Positions 25,251-38,420 of a stretch of DNA of 64,000 nucleotides are shown here, piece by piece. Origin of the DNA: Schmidtea nova (Eukaryota); NCBI GenBank assembly GCA_044892505.1, contig CM097882.1:13888001-13952000 (forward strand), given 5' to 3'. The notes under the pieces were generated by a model. The model ran no database searches and was not told the DNA's origin. It saw only the letters and a list, made by a program, of their open reading frames with translations. Every line of letters begins with the position of its first letter. Positions within the stretch are counted from its first letter, which is position 1. Both the position numbers and the translations under genes were made by a program.

Positions 25251-25485
25251 TCAAGTGACTTATCTTGTCAATTACCCGATTTTCAGGTTGTTTGTTTACG
25301 TGTGTTCATTTTATCTTTGATTATTCTGTTAAATAACAGATTTATTCGTTCCATCTAATTCGATTCATTTGTTATATAGGCGCTTTGTGGTGGTCCGGAT
25401 GATGTGTTCTCATTTTGGCTGTTTATTTGTAAGCCTTTTTATCTTTGTTAATTCCTAATAGTAGTAGGAAGTGAGCCCGCCAGAT

Positions 25486-26430
25486 ATAGGTCAAGACCCC
25501 CCCATAGAAAAAAAATTTTTTTATGTAGGTCAAATTTTTCGCTTAAGGACACTTTAAGGTCAAATTTTTCGCTTAAGGTCACTTTGAGGACACTTTAAGG
25601 TCAAAAAAGTAGGTCAAAGTCGTTTTAAGGACACTTTAAGGTGAGTTTAAGGTCAAATTTATGGTTCAAGGACACTTTAAGGACAAAAAAGTAGGTTAAG
25701 GTTGTTTTAAGGACACTATAAGGTCAAAAAGAATGCCAATTTAAGGTCACGATAAGGACAAATAAAGTAGGTCAAATATTTTTAAGGTGAATTTAAGGTT
25801 AAAATAAGTAGGTCAAATATTTTTAAGTTGCTATGACAACGAATAAGTAGGTCAACTTAATTTTTTCAAAATTTGATAGTTGCTATGACAACGAATTAAG
25901 TAGGTCAATAATAATTTTAAAAATTTTTCTATGTCAGAATTAAGTAGGTCAAATATAAAAAACTTGAAAATTTTTCTATGTCAGAAATAAGTAGGTCACG
26001 AAAAATTTTCTATTTCAGAAAAAAGTGGGTCAACTTTATTTTTCTCAAAAATATTTCTATGTCAGAAATAAGTAGGTCAACTTTATTTTTATAAAAATTT
26101 TCCTATGTCAGAATTAAATAGGTCAAATATAAAATTATTCAAAGTTATAATATATTTAAAATATTTTCTATGTCGGAATTAAGTAGGTCAATTTAAGGTC
26201 AATGTGAGGACGAATTAAGTAGGTCAATTTAAGGTCAATGTGAGGACAAATTAAGTAGGTCAATAATAATAATAATTTCTAAAATTTTTTCTATGTAAAA
26301 ATTAAGTAGATTAATAATAAATTTCGAAACTTTTCAAAGTCAGAATTAAGGGTACATTCAGGGTACTATAAGGTCAACAAAGTAGGTCAAATAGATAATT
26401 TTCTATGTCACAATTATGTAGGTCAAATAT
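25486..26430 (+). repeat. Subterminal array of AAGTAGGTCA/AAGGTCA motifs (mirrored at ~33625-34530)
   Basis: About 15 or more GTAGGTCA copies in degenerate 30-45-bp units. Confidence 0.85.
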
Positions 26431-27811
26431 AAAAACTTTAAAATTATTCTATNNNNNNNNNNNNNNNNNNNNNNNNNNNNNNNNNNNNNNNNNNNNNNNN
26501 NNNNNNNNNNNNNNNNNNNNNNNNNNNNNNNNNNNNNNNNNNNNNNNNNNNNNNNNNNNNNNNNNNNNNNNNNNNNNNNNNNNNNNNNNNNNNNNNNNNN
26601 NNNNNNNNNNNNNNNNNNNNNNNNNNNNNNNNNNNNNNNNNNNNNNNNNNNNNNNNNNNNNNNNNNNNNNNNNNNNNNNNNNNNNNNNNNNNNNNNNNNN
26701 NNNNNNNNNNNNNNNNNNNNNNNNNNNNNNNNNNNNNNNNNNNNNNNNNNNNNNNNNNNNNNNNNNNNNNNNNNNNNNNNNNNNNNNNNNNNNNNNNNNN
26801 NNNNNNNNNNNNNNNNNNNNNNNNNNNNNNNNNNNNNNNNNNNNNNNNNNNNNNNNNNNNNNNNNNNNNNNNNNNNNNNNAATATTATTGATAATAATAA
26901 TATTATTGATAATAATAATAAATAAGATTAATCATAATCATAATAATTAATAATAATAATAATATTATTTTTCTTTTTACCCTTTCATTTGTTCATTACC
27001 GATTGTAATTGTCTCATTTCTTTTTCGAAAAGTTCAATCATCTGGCACAATAGATATTCATTTTTAGACAATTCCGATATTTGCATTGATCATCGCGTGA
27101 AACTTGACTGTTGAGAATTTCAAGAATTTTCGGAACACTTTTCTGACAGCCTGAAATAATTAATTACATATGGTTGGAAATTATTGCTAAAAATTAACAA
27201 AAATTACATTTCAAGTAAAATAAAAAATCTAACTAGATAACGCTAAATAAATAATCAAGCATTTCATAGATAAAAATATGTCCTCTTTCTCTAAATTCAT
27301 CTTCACAAACTAAATATAAAGTTATTAAATTAAATAAATATGTATTATATATAAAAATAACCTGAAATGTGATTTAGTAACGATTCCATGTTAACAAGTT
27401 TTGAAACATAATATTGATTTGCCCTAGTACGCTTCACGGTAAATAGGGATAATAAATTCTTCCATAGTGAAGATATAAAAATTTATGTATAAATTATTAA
27501 ATTTGTGTATAAATTATTCAAATTTTTGCAAATAAATACAGTTTTTAAACAAATTATTTAAATTAAATTATTTAAATTAAATTATTTAAAGTTAATTAAT
27601 TAAATATTTAATTTAATTCTTTACTTAGAGAAAAGTAAATAATATTAAATAAATATTATTAAATAATATTAATAATATTAAAAGTTAATTAAGTAAATAA
27701 TATAAATTAATTTAGTTAAATCCAGATTGGTTTTAATAGTCTTCAATTCCGTCCTACTTTTATTAAAATTTTATAAAGTGTCAAATAATGAATTATTTAA
27801 ACACTATTTAA

Positions 27812-28240
27812 TTTAAATATCCAACTCTCCCCTTCTTAAGACCTTTTCCACTTCAGCCACTCGATTCTTCTTCCTTTCATACCTTCTTGCGAGTGTTTTA
27901 CTCGTTATTTGAGTCTGAAATCAAATGGTCACATGTCATTGTGGCGTTCATGTATATAAAACAGATAATGGATAATTCGGGTTCAAATTATGAAAATTAT
28001 TTTCAATGGTCAGTACAGGTATATTATTTTTATTTAATTATATTATTAATATTATTTTAGATTATCGAAAGTGAAATATGTCCCTGGGTTCAAGAAAATG
28101 GACAATGGCAAAAACTACTAGAATTGGCCGAAAATAGTAGAACTATTAGGAAAACCAAAGAAAGATTGAAAAATCTGTTGAAAATAACAATTGGACTCTG
28201 TAGTATTTATGCTATTGTAAATTTAATTCATCGAAAATAA
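27812..28240 (+). CDS. Bcl-2-like gene (BH1-like, BH2, C-terminal TM) with 42-nt intron 28019-28060; 5' end uncertain
   Basis: LFESEIKWSHVIVAFMY...WSVQ|IIESEICPWVQENGQWQKLL...ITIGLCSIYAIVNLIHRK*. The phase-0 GT-AG intron joins in frame. Confidence 0.75.
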
Positions 28241-29282
28241 ATGTATTTTTGTTTAATTGATACATGAATGAAAATATTCAATATGAGCTTTTACAGATAA
28301 AAACCATCACAAAAGATGTTCTGCTACCAATGTTCTGATATTAATGTTCTGTTAGGAAGGTTCTGATACTTGAGATTATTGATACATGAATTAAAATATT
28401 CAATATGAGCTTTTACAGATAAAAACCATCACAAAAGATGTTCTGTTACTAAGGTTCTGATACTAATGTTCTGCTAATAGGGTTCAACTACGGTGTTACT
28501 CATCACATTTTAAGTATGAATTGTTGACATAAATCACTATGATGTATATCACTCATGTCTAAAACACTTTTACTCTATATTTCATGTTATTAATGTAATA
28601 CATGAGTCATGCTCTTGTATTGCAAATGTTATGCACTTGTATTGTTTGTGACATTGCTTGTGTCATACACTTGTGATAATCAGGAACATGCATATTTCCC
28701 TTAAATATTAATCAATTTTAATTATTATTTTCAGAGTAAATTTAATACAAACTAGTAAAGAATATTGACAATTTCTATATATTTTTAACTAATCATTTAT
28801 TGATCAATGATTTTGGGTACTTCATGATGATATAAAAGGGGGTTAAGTTATTGTAAAATGATTGAAAAAATGATAAAACGACGACTATTATTGACCTGTA
28901 CATTCAATTATAGAAATCTTTACAAGTGTAAAAACCATTAATTTTCAACTAATTACTCTAATTAGTTTTTAATTAATTCAGTTTTTTAAAGATTTTTACT
29001 TGTCAACTGAGCTATTTCTATTGTTAACAGTATTTATTGAATTGTAATAAATTTACAAAGTAAATGATGTGAAACTTTTTGAGTTAATTTACATAGAAAT
29101 TTGAGACATTATTTATATCTTTTGAGCTATTTAAAAAATACAAATTAATATTAAACTCTGTAAAAGTAATAGAAAATATAAATGTACGACATAAGCATTA
29201 CTTGCGCTTATATTTAACAAGACTTTTACTAAAAATAAATACTATAAAACACTAACAAAATCGAATAAAAAATAAAAATTTA

Positions 29283-29648
29283 TCAAATAACAACAACATT
29301 TTGGGCTCTATGCCATCTCTCCAACTGGTATAGGAGCTCCTCTTTGTCTTTCATGAGCCTCCAATTTGGGCAACATTTGCAATGTGTGCAACAAATTGGC
29401 TCCAACTTTATTGGAGGCTCTGCCATGTTCCTTTTGTGTTCTGCGATCACCTCTTTTAGGTTCACGCCGCAGAACAACCATATCTTCAGATTTATGTGTT
29501 CAGGAGCCCAGAACATCATATCTTTCATCTCCTGGGGATAGAGCCTTCCCATCATATCCAGAGCGATTTGCAACAATGTTTCTAAATAATTAAAATTAAT
29601 TAAATTATATTAAAAACATTTAGGCTTACCGTCTAGAGAGCTTGACAT
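29283..29648 (-). CDS. Mirror copy of the two-exon Cys-rich gene (3 aa differences in exon 2)
   Basis: Reverse complement of 30513-30879 with T/M, P/L and Y/H changes. Confidence 0.7.
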
Positions 29649-30512
29649 GTTTTTCTATTTAACTGAATAAGTGATTCGTATATATACAAATTTGAAACAT
29701 ACACATCGACCAATCAGAAACATGCACACATATATTTTAAATTATAACGTTTAAATTTCAAATACCGCAACGTAAGATATTCATAAAATACCTCAACGTA
29801 ATAACAGTTGGTATATATCTTTCAGAATTTTATAAGTAATTCAATTTTAAACAATGAACACTATCAACAACGATTATACTGATAGCGAAATTAGTTCTCA
29901 AGTTGAATGTTCTCAAACTGAAATAGTTCACAGTACAAGTTCTCAACATGCAAGTAATTGTATATTTATTTATTTATTTTCTAAAATTATCATTACTTTT
30001 ATTAGAAAAAATTAAGACAATAACAAAAGAAAGAACTAATTTAAAGAAATAATTTTTAAACACACAAAATATTCACAGATAAGTCGATTGAGTGGTCATA
30101 GCTATTGTTCAACCCCACCATCATTAAATGCAAAACATTGTACTGTCAATGTAAAAAATACCGATAAATTGTATTATATATATATATATAGAGTATTTTA
30201 CTTATTTTAAAATATGAAGAGGTAAAATCTAACAGAAGTAAGTCTTATAATAATTATATTTCAGACCTTGTCTTTGACTCTTATGATCAGCCGATGAATT
30301 TATGTAATATTCACAATTGAATTACTTATAAAATTCTGAAAGATATATACCAACTGTTATTACGTTGAGGTATTTTATGAATATCTTACGTTGCGGTATT
30401 TGAAATTTAAACGTTATAATTTAAAATATATGTGTGCATGTTTCTGATTGGTCGATGTGTGTGTTTCAAATTTGTATATATACGAATCACTTATTCAGTT
30501 AAATAGAAAAAC

Positions 30513-30879
30513 ATGTCAAGCTCTCTAGACGGTAAGCCTAAATGTTTTTAATATAATTTAATTAATTTTAATTATTTTAGAAACATTGTTGCAAATCGCT
30601 CTGGATACGATGGGAAGGCTCTATCCCCAGGAGATGAAAGATATGATGTTCTGGGCTCCTGAACACATAAATCTGAAGATATGGTTGTTCTGCGGCGTGA
30701 ACCTAAAAGAGGTGATCGCAGAACACAAAAGGAACATGGCAGAGCCTCCAATAAAGTTGGAGCCAATTTGTTGCACACATTGCAAATGTTGCCCAAATTG
30801 GAGGCTCATGAAAGACAAAGAGGAGCTCCCATACCAGTTGGAGAGATGGTATAGAGCCCAAAATGTTGTTGTTATTTAA
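30513..30879 (+). CDS. Two-exon small Cys-rich protein (MSSSLDE|TLLQIALD...CCTHCKCCP), intron 30532-30580
   Basis: ATG exon, GTAAG donor, TTTTAG acceptor, in-frame join; ATTGG (reverse CCAAT box) upstream. Confidence 0.7.
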
Positions 30880-31920
30880 TACACTTTTATTTTTATTCGA
30901 TTTTGTTAGTGTTTTATAGTATTTATTTTTAGTAAAAGTCTTGTTAAATATAAGCGCAAGTAATGCTTATGTCGTACATTTATATTTTCTATTACTTTTA
31001 CAGAGTTTAATATTAATTTGTATTTTTTAAATAGCTCAAAAGATATAAATAATGTCTCAAATTTCTATGTAAATTAACTCAAAAAGTTTCACATCATTTA
31101 CTTTGTAAATTTATTACAATTCAATAAATACTGTTAACAATAGAAATAGCTCAGTTGACAAGTAAAAATCTTTAAAAAACTGAATTAATTAAAAACTAAT
31201 TAGAGTAATTAGTTGAAAATTAATGGTTTTTACACTTGTAAAGATTTCTATAATTGAATGTACAGGTCAATAATAGTCGTCGTTTTATCATTTTTTCAAT
31301 CATTTTACAATAACTTAACCCCCTTTTATATCATCATGAAGTACCCAAAATCATTGATCAATAAATGATTAGTTAAAAATATATAGAAATTGTCAATATT
31401 CTTTACTAGTTTGTATTAAATTTACTCTGAAAATAATAATTAAAATTGATTAATATTTAAGGGAAATATGCATGTTCCTGATTATCACAAGTGTATGACA
31501 CAAGCAATGTCACAAACAATACAAGTGCATAACATTTGCAATACAAGAGCATGACTCATGTATTACATTAATAACATGAAATATAGAGTAAAAGTGTTTT
31601 AGACATGAGTGATATACATCATAGTGATTTATGTCAACAATTCATACTTAAAATGTGATGAGTAACACCGTAGTTGAACCCTATTAGCAGAACATTAGTA
31701 TCAGAACCTTAGTAACAGAACATCTTTTGTGATGGTTTTTATCTGTAAAAGCTCATATTGAATATTTTAATTCATGTATCAATAATCTCAAGTATCAGAA
31801 CCTTCCTAACAGAACATTAATATCAGAACATTGGTAGCAGAACATCTTTTGTGATGGTTTTTATCTGTAAAAGCTCATATTGAATATTTTCATTCATGTA
31901 TCAATTAAACAAAAATACAT

Positions 31921-32349
31921 TTATTTTCGATGAATTAAATTTACAATAGCATAAATACTACAGAGTCCAATTGTTATTTTCAACAGATTTTTCAATCTTT
32001 CTTTGGTTTTCCTAATAGTTCTACTATTTTCGGCCAATTCTAGTAGTTTTTGCCATTGTCCATTTTCTTGAACCCAGGGACATATTTCACTTTCGATAAT
32101 CTAAAATAATATTAATAATATAATTAAATAAAAATAATATACATGTACTGACCATTGAAAATAATTTTCATAATTTGAACCCGAATTATCCATTATCTGT
32201 TTTATATACATGAACGCCACAATGACATGTGACCATTTGATTTCAGACTCAAATAACGAGTAAAACACTCGCAAGAAGGTATGAAAGGAAGAAGAATCGA
32301 GTGGCTGAAGTGGAAAAGGTCTTAAGAAGGGGAGAGTTGGATATTTAAA
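31921..32349 (-). CDS. Mirror copy of the Bcl-2-like gene
   Basis: Reverse complement of 27812-28240; the exon base at donor -1 is G>T. Confidence 0.72.
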
Positions 32350-35199
32350 TTAAATAGTGTTTAAATATTTCATTATTTGACACTTTATAAAATTTTAATA
32401 AAAGTAGGACGGAATTGAAGACTATTAAAACCAATCTGGATTTAACTAAATTAATTTATATTATTTACTTAATTAACTTTTAATATTATTAATATTATTT
32501 AATAATATTTATTTAATATTATTTACTTTTATCTAAGTAAAGAATTAAATTAAATTTTTAATTAATTAACTTTAAATAATTTAATTTAAATAATTTAATT
32601 TAAATAATTTGTTTAAAAACTGTATTTATTTGCAAAAATTTGAATAATTTATACACAAATTTAATAATTTATACATAAATTTTTATATCTTCACTATGGA
32701 AGAATTTATTATCCCTATTTACCGTGAAGCGTACTAGGGCAAATCAATATTATGTTTCAAAACTTGTTAACATGGAATCGTTACTAAATCACATTTCAGG
32801 TTATTTTTATATATAATACATATTTATTTACTTTAATAACTTTATATTTAGTTTGTGAAGATGAATTTAGAGAAAGAGGGCATATTTTTATCTATGAAAT
32901 GCTTGATTATTTATTTAGCGTTATCTAGTTAGATTTTTTATTTTACTTGAAATGTAATTTTTGTTAATTTTTAGCAATAATTTCCAACCATATGTAATTA
33001 ATTATTTCAGGCTGTCAGAAAAGTGTTCCGAAAATTCTTGAAATTCTCAACAGTCAAGTTTCACGCGATGATCAATGCAAATATCGGAATTGTCTAAAAA
33101 TGAATATCTATTGTGCCAGATGATTGAACTTTTCGAAAAAGAAATGAGACAATTACAATCGGTAATGAACAAATGAAAGGGTAAAAAGAAAAATAATATT
33201 ATTATTATTATTAATTATTATGATTATGATTAATCTTATTTATTATTATTATCAATAATATTATTATTATCAATAATATTNNNNNNNNNNNNNNNNNNNN
33301 NNNNNNNNNNNNNNNNNNNNNNNNNNNNNNNNNNNNNNNNNNNNNNNNNNNNNNNNNNNNNNNNNNNNNNNNNNNNNNNNNNNNNNNNNNNNNNNNNNNN
33401 NNNNNNNNNNNNNNNNNNNNNNNNNNNNNNNNNNNNNNNNNNNNNNNNNNNNNNNNNNNNNNNNNNNNNNNNNNNNNNNNNNNNNNNNNNNNNNNNNNNN
33501 NNNNNNNNNNNNNNNNNNNNNNNNNNNNNNNNNNNNNNNNNNNNNNNNNNNNNNNNNNNNNNNNNNNNNNNNNNNNNNNNNNNNNNNNNNNNNNNNNNNN
33601 ATAGAATAATTTTAAAGTTTTTATATTTGACCTACATAATTGTGACATAGAAAATTATCTATTTGACCTACTTTGTTGACCTTATAGTACCCTGAATGTA
33701 CCCTTAATTCTGACTTTGAAAAGTTTCGAAATTTATTATTAACCTACTTAATTTTTACATAGAAAAATTTTTAGAAATTATTATTATTATTGACCTACTT
33801 AATTTGTCCTCACATTGACCTTAAATTGACCTACTTAATTCGTCCTCACATTGACCTTAAATTGACCTACTTAATTCCGACATAGAAAATATTTTAAATA
33901 TATTATAACTTTGAATAATTTTATATTTGACCTATTTAATTCTGACATAGGAAAATTTTTATAAAAATAAAGTTGACCTACTTATTTCTGACATAGAAAT
34001 ATTTTTGAGAAAAATAAAGTTGACCCACTTTTTTCTGAAATAGAAAATTTTTCGTGACCTACTTATTTCTGACATAGAAAAATTTTCAAGTTTTTTATAT
34101 TTGACCTACTTAATTCTGACATAGAAAAATTTTTAAAATTATTATTGACCTACTTAATTCGTTGTCATAGCAACTATCAAATTTTGAAAAAATTAAATTG
34201 ACCTACTTATTCGTTGTCATAGCAATTTAAAAATATTTGACCTACTTTTTTCTGACATAGAAAAAATTTGAAAATTATATTTGACCTACTTATTTTAACC
34301 TTAAATTCACCTTAAAAATATTTGACCTACTTTATTTGTCCTTATCGTGACCTTAAATTGTCATTCTTTTTGACCTTATAGTGTCCTTAAAACGACCTTG
34401 ACCTACTCTTTTGACCTTAAAGTGTCCTCAAAGTGACCTTAAGCGAAAAGTTTGACCTTAAAGTGTCCTTAATCGAAAAATTTGACCTACATAAAAAATT
34501 TTTTTCTATGGGGGGGGTCTTGACCTATATCTGGCGGGCTCACTTCCTACTACTCCTAATCTATTTTTATTTAGATTCAAAGTAATTTTATCGGTTCAAT
34601 TTATTTTTGTTTTGTTTCCAATTTAATATTGGAATGAACCCTAATTTGTTGCCCAACCAAAATAAATTCAATAAAAACTAGTAAAAATATAAAATATATC
34701 ATTCTTGAGGTTATTTTCATGAGACATATAAAAAATTCGAATAGGGATTTCATATAAATTCAACATCAAGTAAAATTTCATACTTGTTATAATTTTATAG
34801 TTTTTAATATTTCATCTTTAAAATTTCCAATTCTTTTTAAAAATGTTCCAAAATGTTTTTAAAACACTGCCTTTCCATTTCTATATAGGGTTTTTCTCAA
34901 CCTAAAAATGCTTTAAAAACATTTTTTATTATTTTAATCAATTTATTGGGTTATGGAGTTGTTGGTGAAATTGAAAAGTTACCAATTAATTCTCTGAATC
35001 CAAAGCGTGCTTTATTGATCAATAAAATGACTATTAACAACAGGAAAAATTACACTGGTACAACCAATCAATAATATGAAATAATTATACAGTGATTATT
35101 ACGACACTTAGAAGAATAGCACTAGTGTAGAATATCTCCGTCTAACGATCACTAGTTACTGATTTAAATTCAACAATGAATAAAAAAAACTAATTTTTC

Positions 35200-35700
35200 T
35201 ATTGCTCTGACTTGAAATTTGGTTCAACAAACTTTTTCAATAAATTTCTCAATAAATTCCTCAATAAATTTGTTTCATAAACTCCTAGCGTACTTCCCTT
35301 ATAAACTTATCCTAATTAAACTTCTTCTAATAAAATTTCTCAGTAAACTTTCTACCTTCAACTACTGTGTCTTTCCTTTTATAGTTCATCAAAATTTGTG
35401 GTACTTGAGATAATTTTGTTTTTCTATTTTTGCTTTTCGCATTTTTCCAAAGCTCCTGACTTATCTCTGACAGCCACCAAGATATGTGTTGCTTTTCCTT
35501 TTTCGTTATTCCGACTTTTTTTATTTTTGCAATCCTGATATCTCTGACAAGTTGTCAAGATAAAATTTTCTTCTTTTTTTGTTTTTCGATTTCTAAATTC
35601 CTTTTGCCTTTATGTACTTTTTTTGATTTTTTTTCTTTGTTTTGGTGCCATTTTCTCATTTCTCAAGGTTTGCTTTTTAAATATCGTTCTTTGTATTTTA
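35200..35700 (-). pseudogene. Decayed relative of element B coiled-coil ORF (58213-59760)
   Basis: GAGCTTTGGAAAAATGCGAAAAGCAAAAATAGAAAACAAA resembles GAATTGTGGGAAAATGCAGAAAAGCAAGAGATAGAAAACAAA (ELWENAEKQEIENK). Confidence 0.45.
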
Positions 35701-37679
35701 AAACATCACTTCATTTACTCTGCTTATGTTCCCCCAATCATTTTATTTATTTGTGAGAATATTTAATTTATGATTAATGATAACTTTCAGCAATAAAAAA
35801 TAAGTTTACTTACAATGACAATCATGAATTTGCTTTGAAACTTCCTTATTTTATTAGTTTCTATTAGATTTAATTTTTTTGCATCTATTAAAACAAAATC
35901 TATAATAAATTTGTTTATTTAAAAACTATCCAAAAATTTCTGATTTCCTAATTAGAAGTGTATTGTGTCATATCTAGAGCAATACTTTCCTCCCTTAGAA
36001 TTTATGGTCGAGTAATTATGATGTGAGTAAACTAGATTTAGCGGGAAATTTGGTGTAAACTATTTATGCAGAAATTTGCTGTGTGTAAACCAATTTTGGT
36101 GTTAATTTAGGGTGTGTACAAGAACTTTTGAAGGAATATAGTGTGTGTAAACGAAAATACGCATGAATTTTAAGTACGTGTAAACAAACGTTGACTTTAA
36201 TTTAGCGTGTTTTAACAAAGTGGTTCAAAAATATTTTGTTTAAATAATGTTTACTAGTATTTCAAGGTAACATAATAAATAACTAAGACAATTTTGTGAT
36301 AATATTTATAAGGCATAACGTAATTTCATCATAAACTACCTTCTTCATATATTGTTTTCATTTTATCATCGCAATAATTTCCATATGCATGACTTTGATT
36401 ATTTTCAATCCTATTTTTTATCGTCAGCATTTGTTAAAACAACTTTCGACTGTTGGAAACTAAATAATTGATGATTTTGTGTACCAATTCTACATTGTGG
36501 TACTATAAACCTTCCGTTGATATTATAACTATCTAGAAGCGACTGATTTTTGATGTCAGTACCCTTCAATGTTATTACTTTAGCTTTCATGGATTATTTC
36601 TTTCATAACAAACTATAACATTTTCATCTTAAAAAGACTAATTTTATATATCTATCACTTACTTTCACACCTGAACTGTTAATAACTGAATCCAATTTCC
36701 TGAAAAAGAGTCTATGATCTTAAGGATAAAAGACCTATCCAACAGATTGTCATTAACCAGTAATGATGTATCTAATTTAATATTTTTACATTCCGACAAA
36801 ATACTATTGGTATTTCAAGGAACAATAATTGTTTCGCAACTGAATTGTGCTCGATATTTTGCTAACTCTAGATATTTTTAGTGACACATCCGAAGTTTCA
36901 ATAAATCCAAATTTCATTAATCTATATAGTTGGATCTATCTTAACAAATAGATTCTTTATTTAACAAGGCATCTATTAAATTATCATCAATCTTAACACT
37001 TCTTCGAAACGTTGGGTTGATAATATATCTAATCATCTTCAGTTCTGTATTACATAGCCTCAAATTCATTGTTCTTCAAAATTTTGAATGTTTTCTCTAC
37101 ACATTGTTGGGTTCTTGGGTTGTTGGTGAAATGGTAAAAGTTACCAATCAAATATCTGACTCCAAACGTGCCTTTTAATTGACCTCAATAACAATTAACA
37201 CTGGAAACTTTATTGAATAAAACAAATATTGTCTTTAACACTTAATTGACCAAAATCAACAGACCAACAATTGATTATACGGTGCTTTTTACGACACGAT
37301 GGTGAAGAATAGCACTTTGTATAATCTTGGCTCGAACAATCACTCACTACTGAGGGGAATAACAATTGGTAATCTGGCTGGTTGTTTTCTGGGTTTGACT
37401 TGGGTTTACTGGTTGAATTTTACTCTATTAGTAATCGATGATTACGGGTTTCACTCAATTTTCTGTCACGTCCTTTATTTTCTTCTCTTTCAGTTTCGTC
37501 TGGCTTCACACAATCTTTCAATCTCTCCAATAATTTCCTATATATTTTCTTAAATCTTCTCCCAAACCTCTGATTATTATATTCTGCTCTTTAAACTTCT
37601 TTCTCCAATTCTGTCAAAACTTCTCTCTAAATTTCTCTGAAACTCCTGGCCAATTTCTTGAAATTTCTGAAAATGTCTC

Positions 37680-38420
37680 TAAATCAACCTCTGCGTTATA
37701 ACTATATGGAAGCATTTTTAATTCTAAATTCTTGTGTTCTTCTAGGAATTAAGCTATATTTGAATGAAATCAATTAAAATCTCCACACAGCAAGCTTTAA
37801 CCTAAAGTCCATTTATAGAGGTTATTGATATTTATGTACAATAACTCTGTAGTCTCATCTGATTTAACATAATGCTTGTTCACAAAAGTAAGACCACAAC
37901 GAATTCCTCCTTCATAAAAGTTAAACATCTTCATTTCTAGAATCAGTTCAATTGGTTCATATTAAGTAATAAGTGATGATATCCATGACATACCAGAAAT
38001 TCCATAAAAGTTCAATGGTTCCAATCGACTATGATCTACGGACTTGACTTGAAATTCCTGGAAGAAATCAGCCAATAGAGTTTCAAACAAATTAAGTGAT
38101 AAATTAAGTGATGTTTCTCAACCTGATTCGTCCTATATATGTTGGGGAAAAGTTATATCATTAGCAAATTGATGAGTCAATAAATTCTATTGAAATTGCA
38201 CCAATTTATACAATAAGCGATTTAAACTGTTCAATGGTAAGAGAAATATAGCTTAAATTCCAATCCAGAAAACGATTTAACCCATGTTTAAGGATATGAT
38301 GTAAATCATTACCCCTCAAATATTGAAACACGATGGACAATATTTTGTTGGTTTTTTTATTTTAGCACTAAATTGGTGCAATCTTTGACTCTTTATGTTC
38401 TTTTATCTATATCAAAATCA
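37680..38420 (-). pseudogene. Decayed Polinton-type protein-primed family-B DNA polymerase
   Basis: Motifs in order: IVFQYLRGNDLHHILK (ExoII), EFIDS, LLADFFQEF, LEPLNFYGISGMSW, IELILEMKMFNFYEGGIRCG, LLYININNLY (motif A), AEVDL. Confidence 0.8.

Larger units (their letters stand above)
25460..34554. mobile_element. Non-autonomous Polinton/Maverick-type element forming a ~9.1-kb palindrome; 6-bp TSD CCTAAT
   Basis: Termini are AGTAGTAGGAAGTGAGCCCGCC...GGCGGGCTCACTTCCTACTACT. CCTAAT lies at 25454-25459 and 34555-34560. Arms are 25460-29846 and 30315-34554 with a 468-bp spacer. Confidence 0.9.

Noticed and set aside
25460-34554. Palindrome as a pure assembly fold-back artefact
   Set aside because: The arms differ at many scattered sites, the spacer is unique and a perfect TSD flanks both ends. 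Read confirmation is still desirable.
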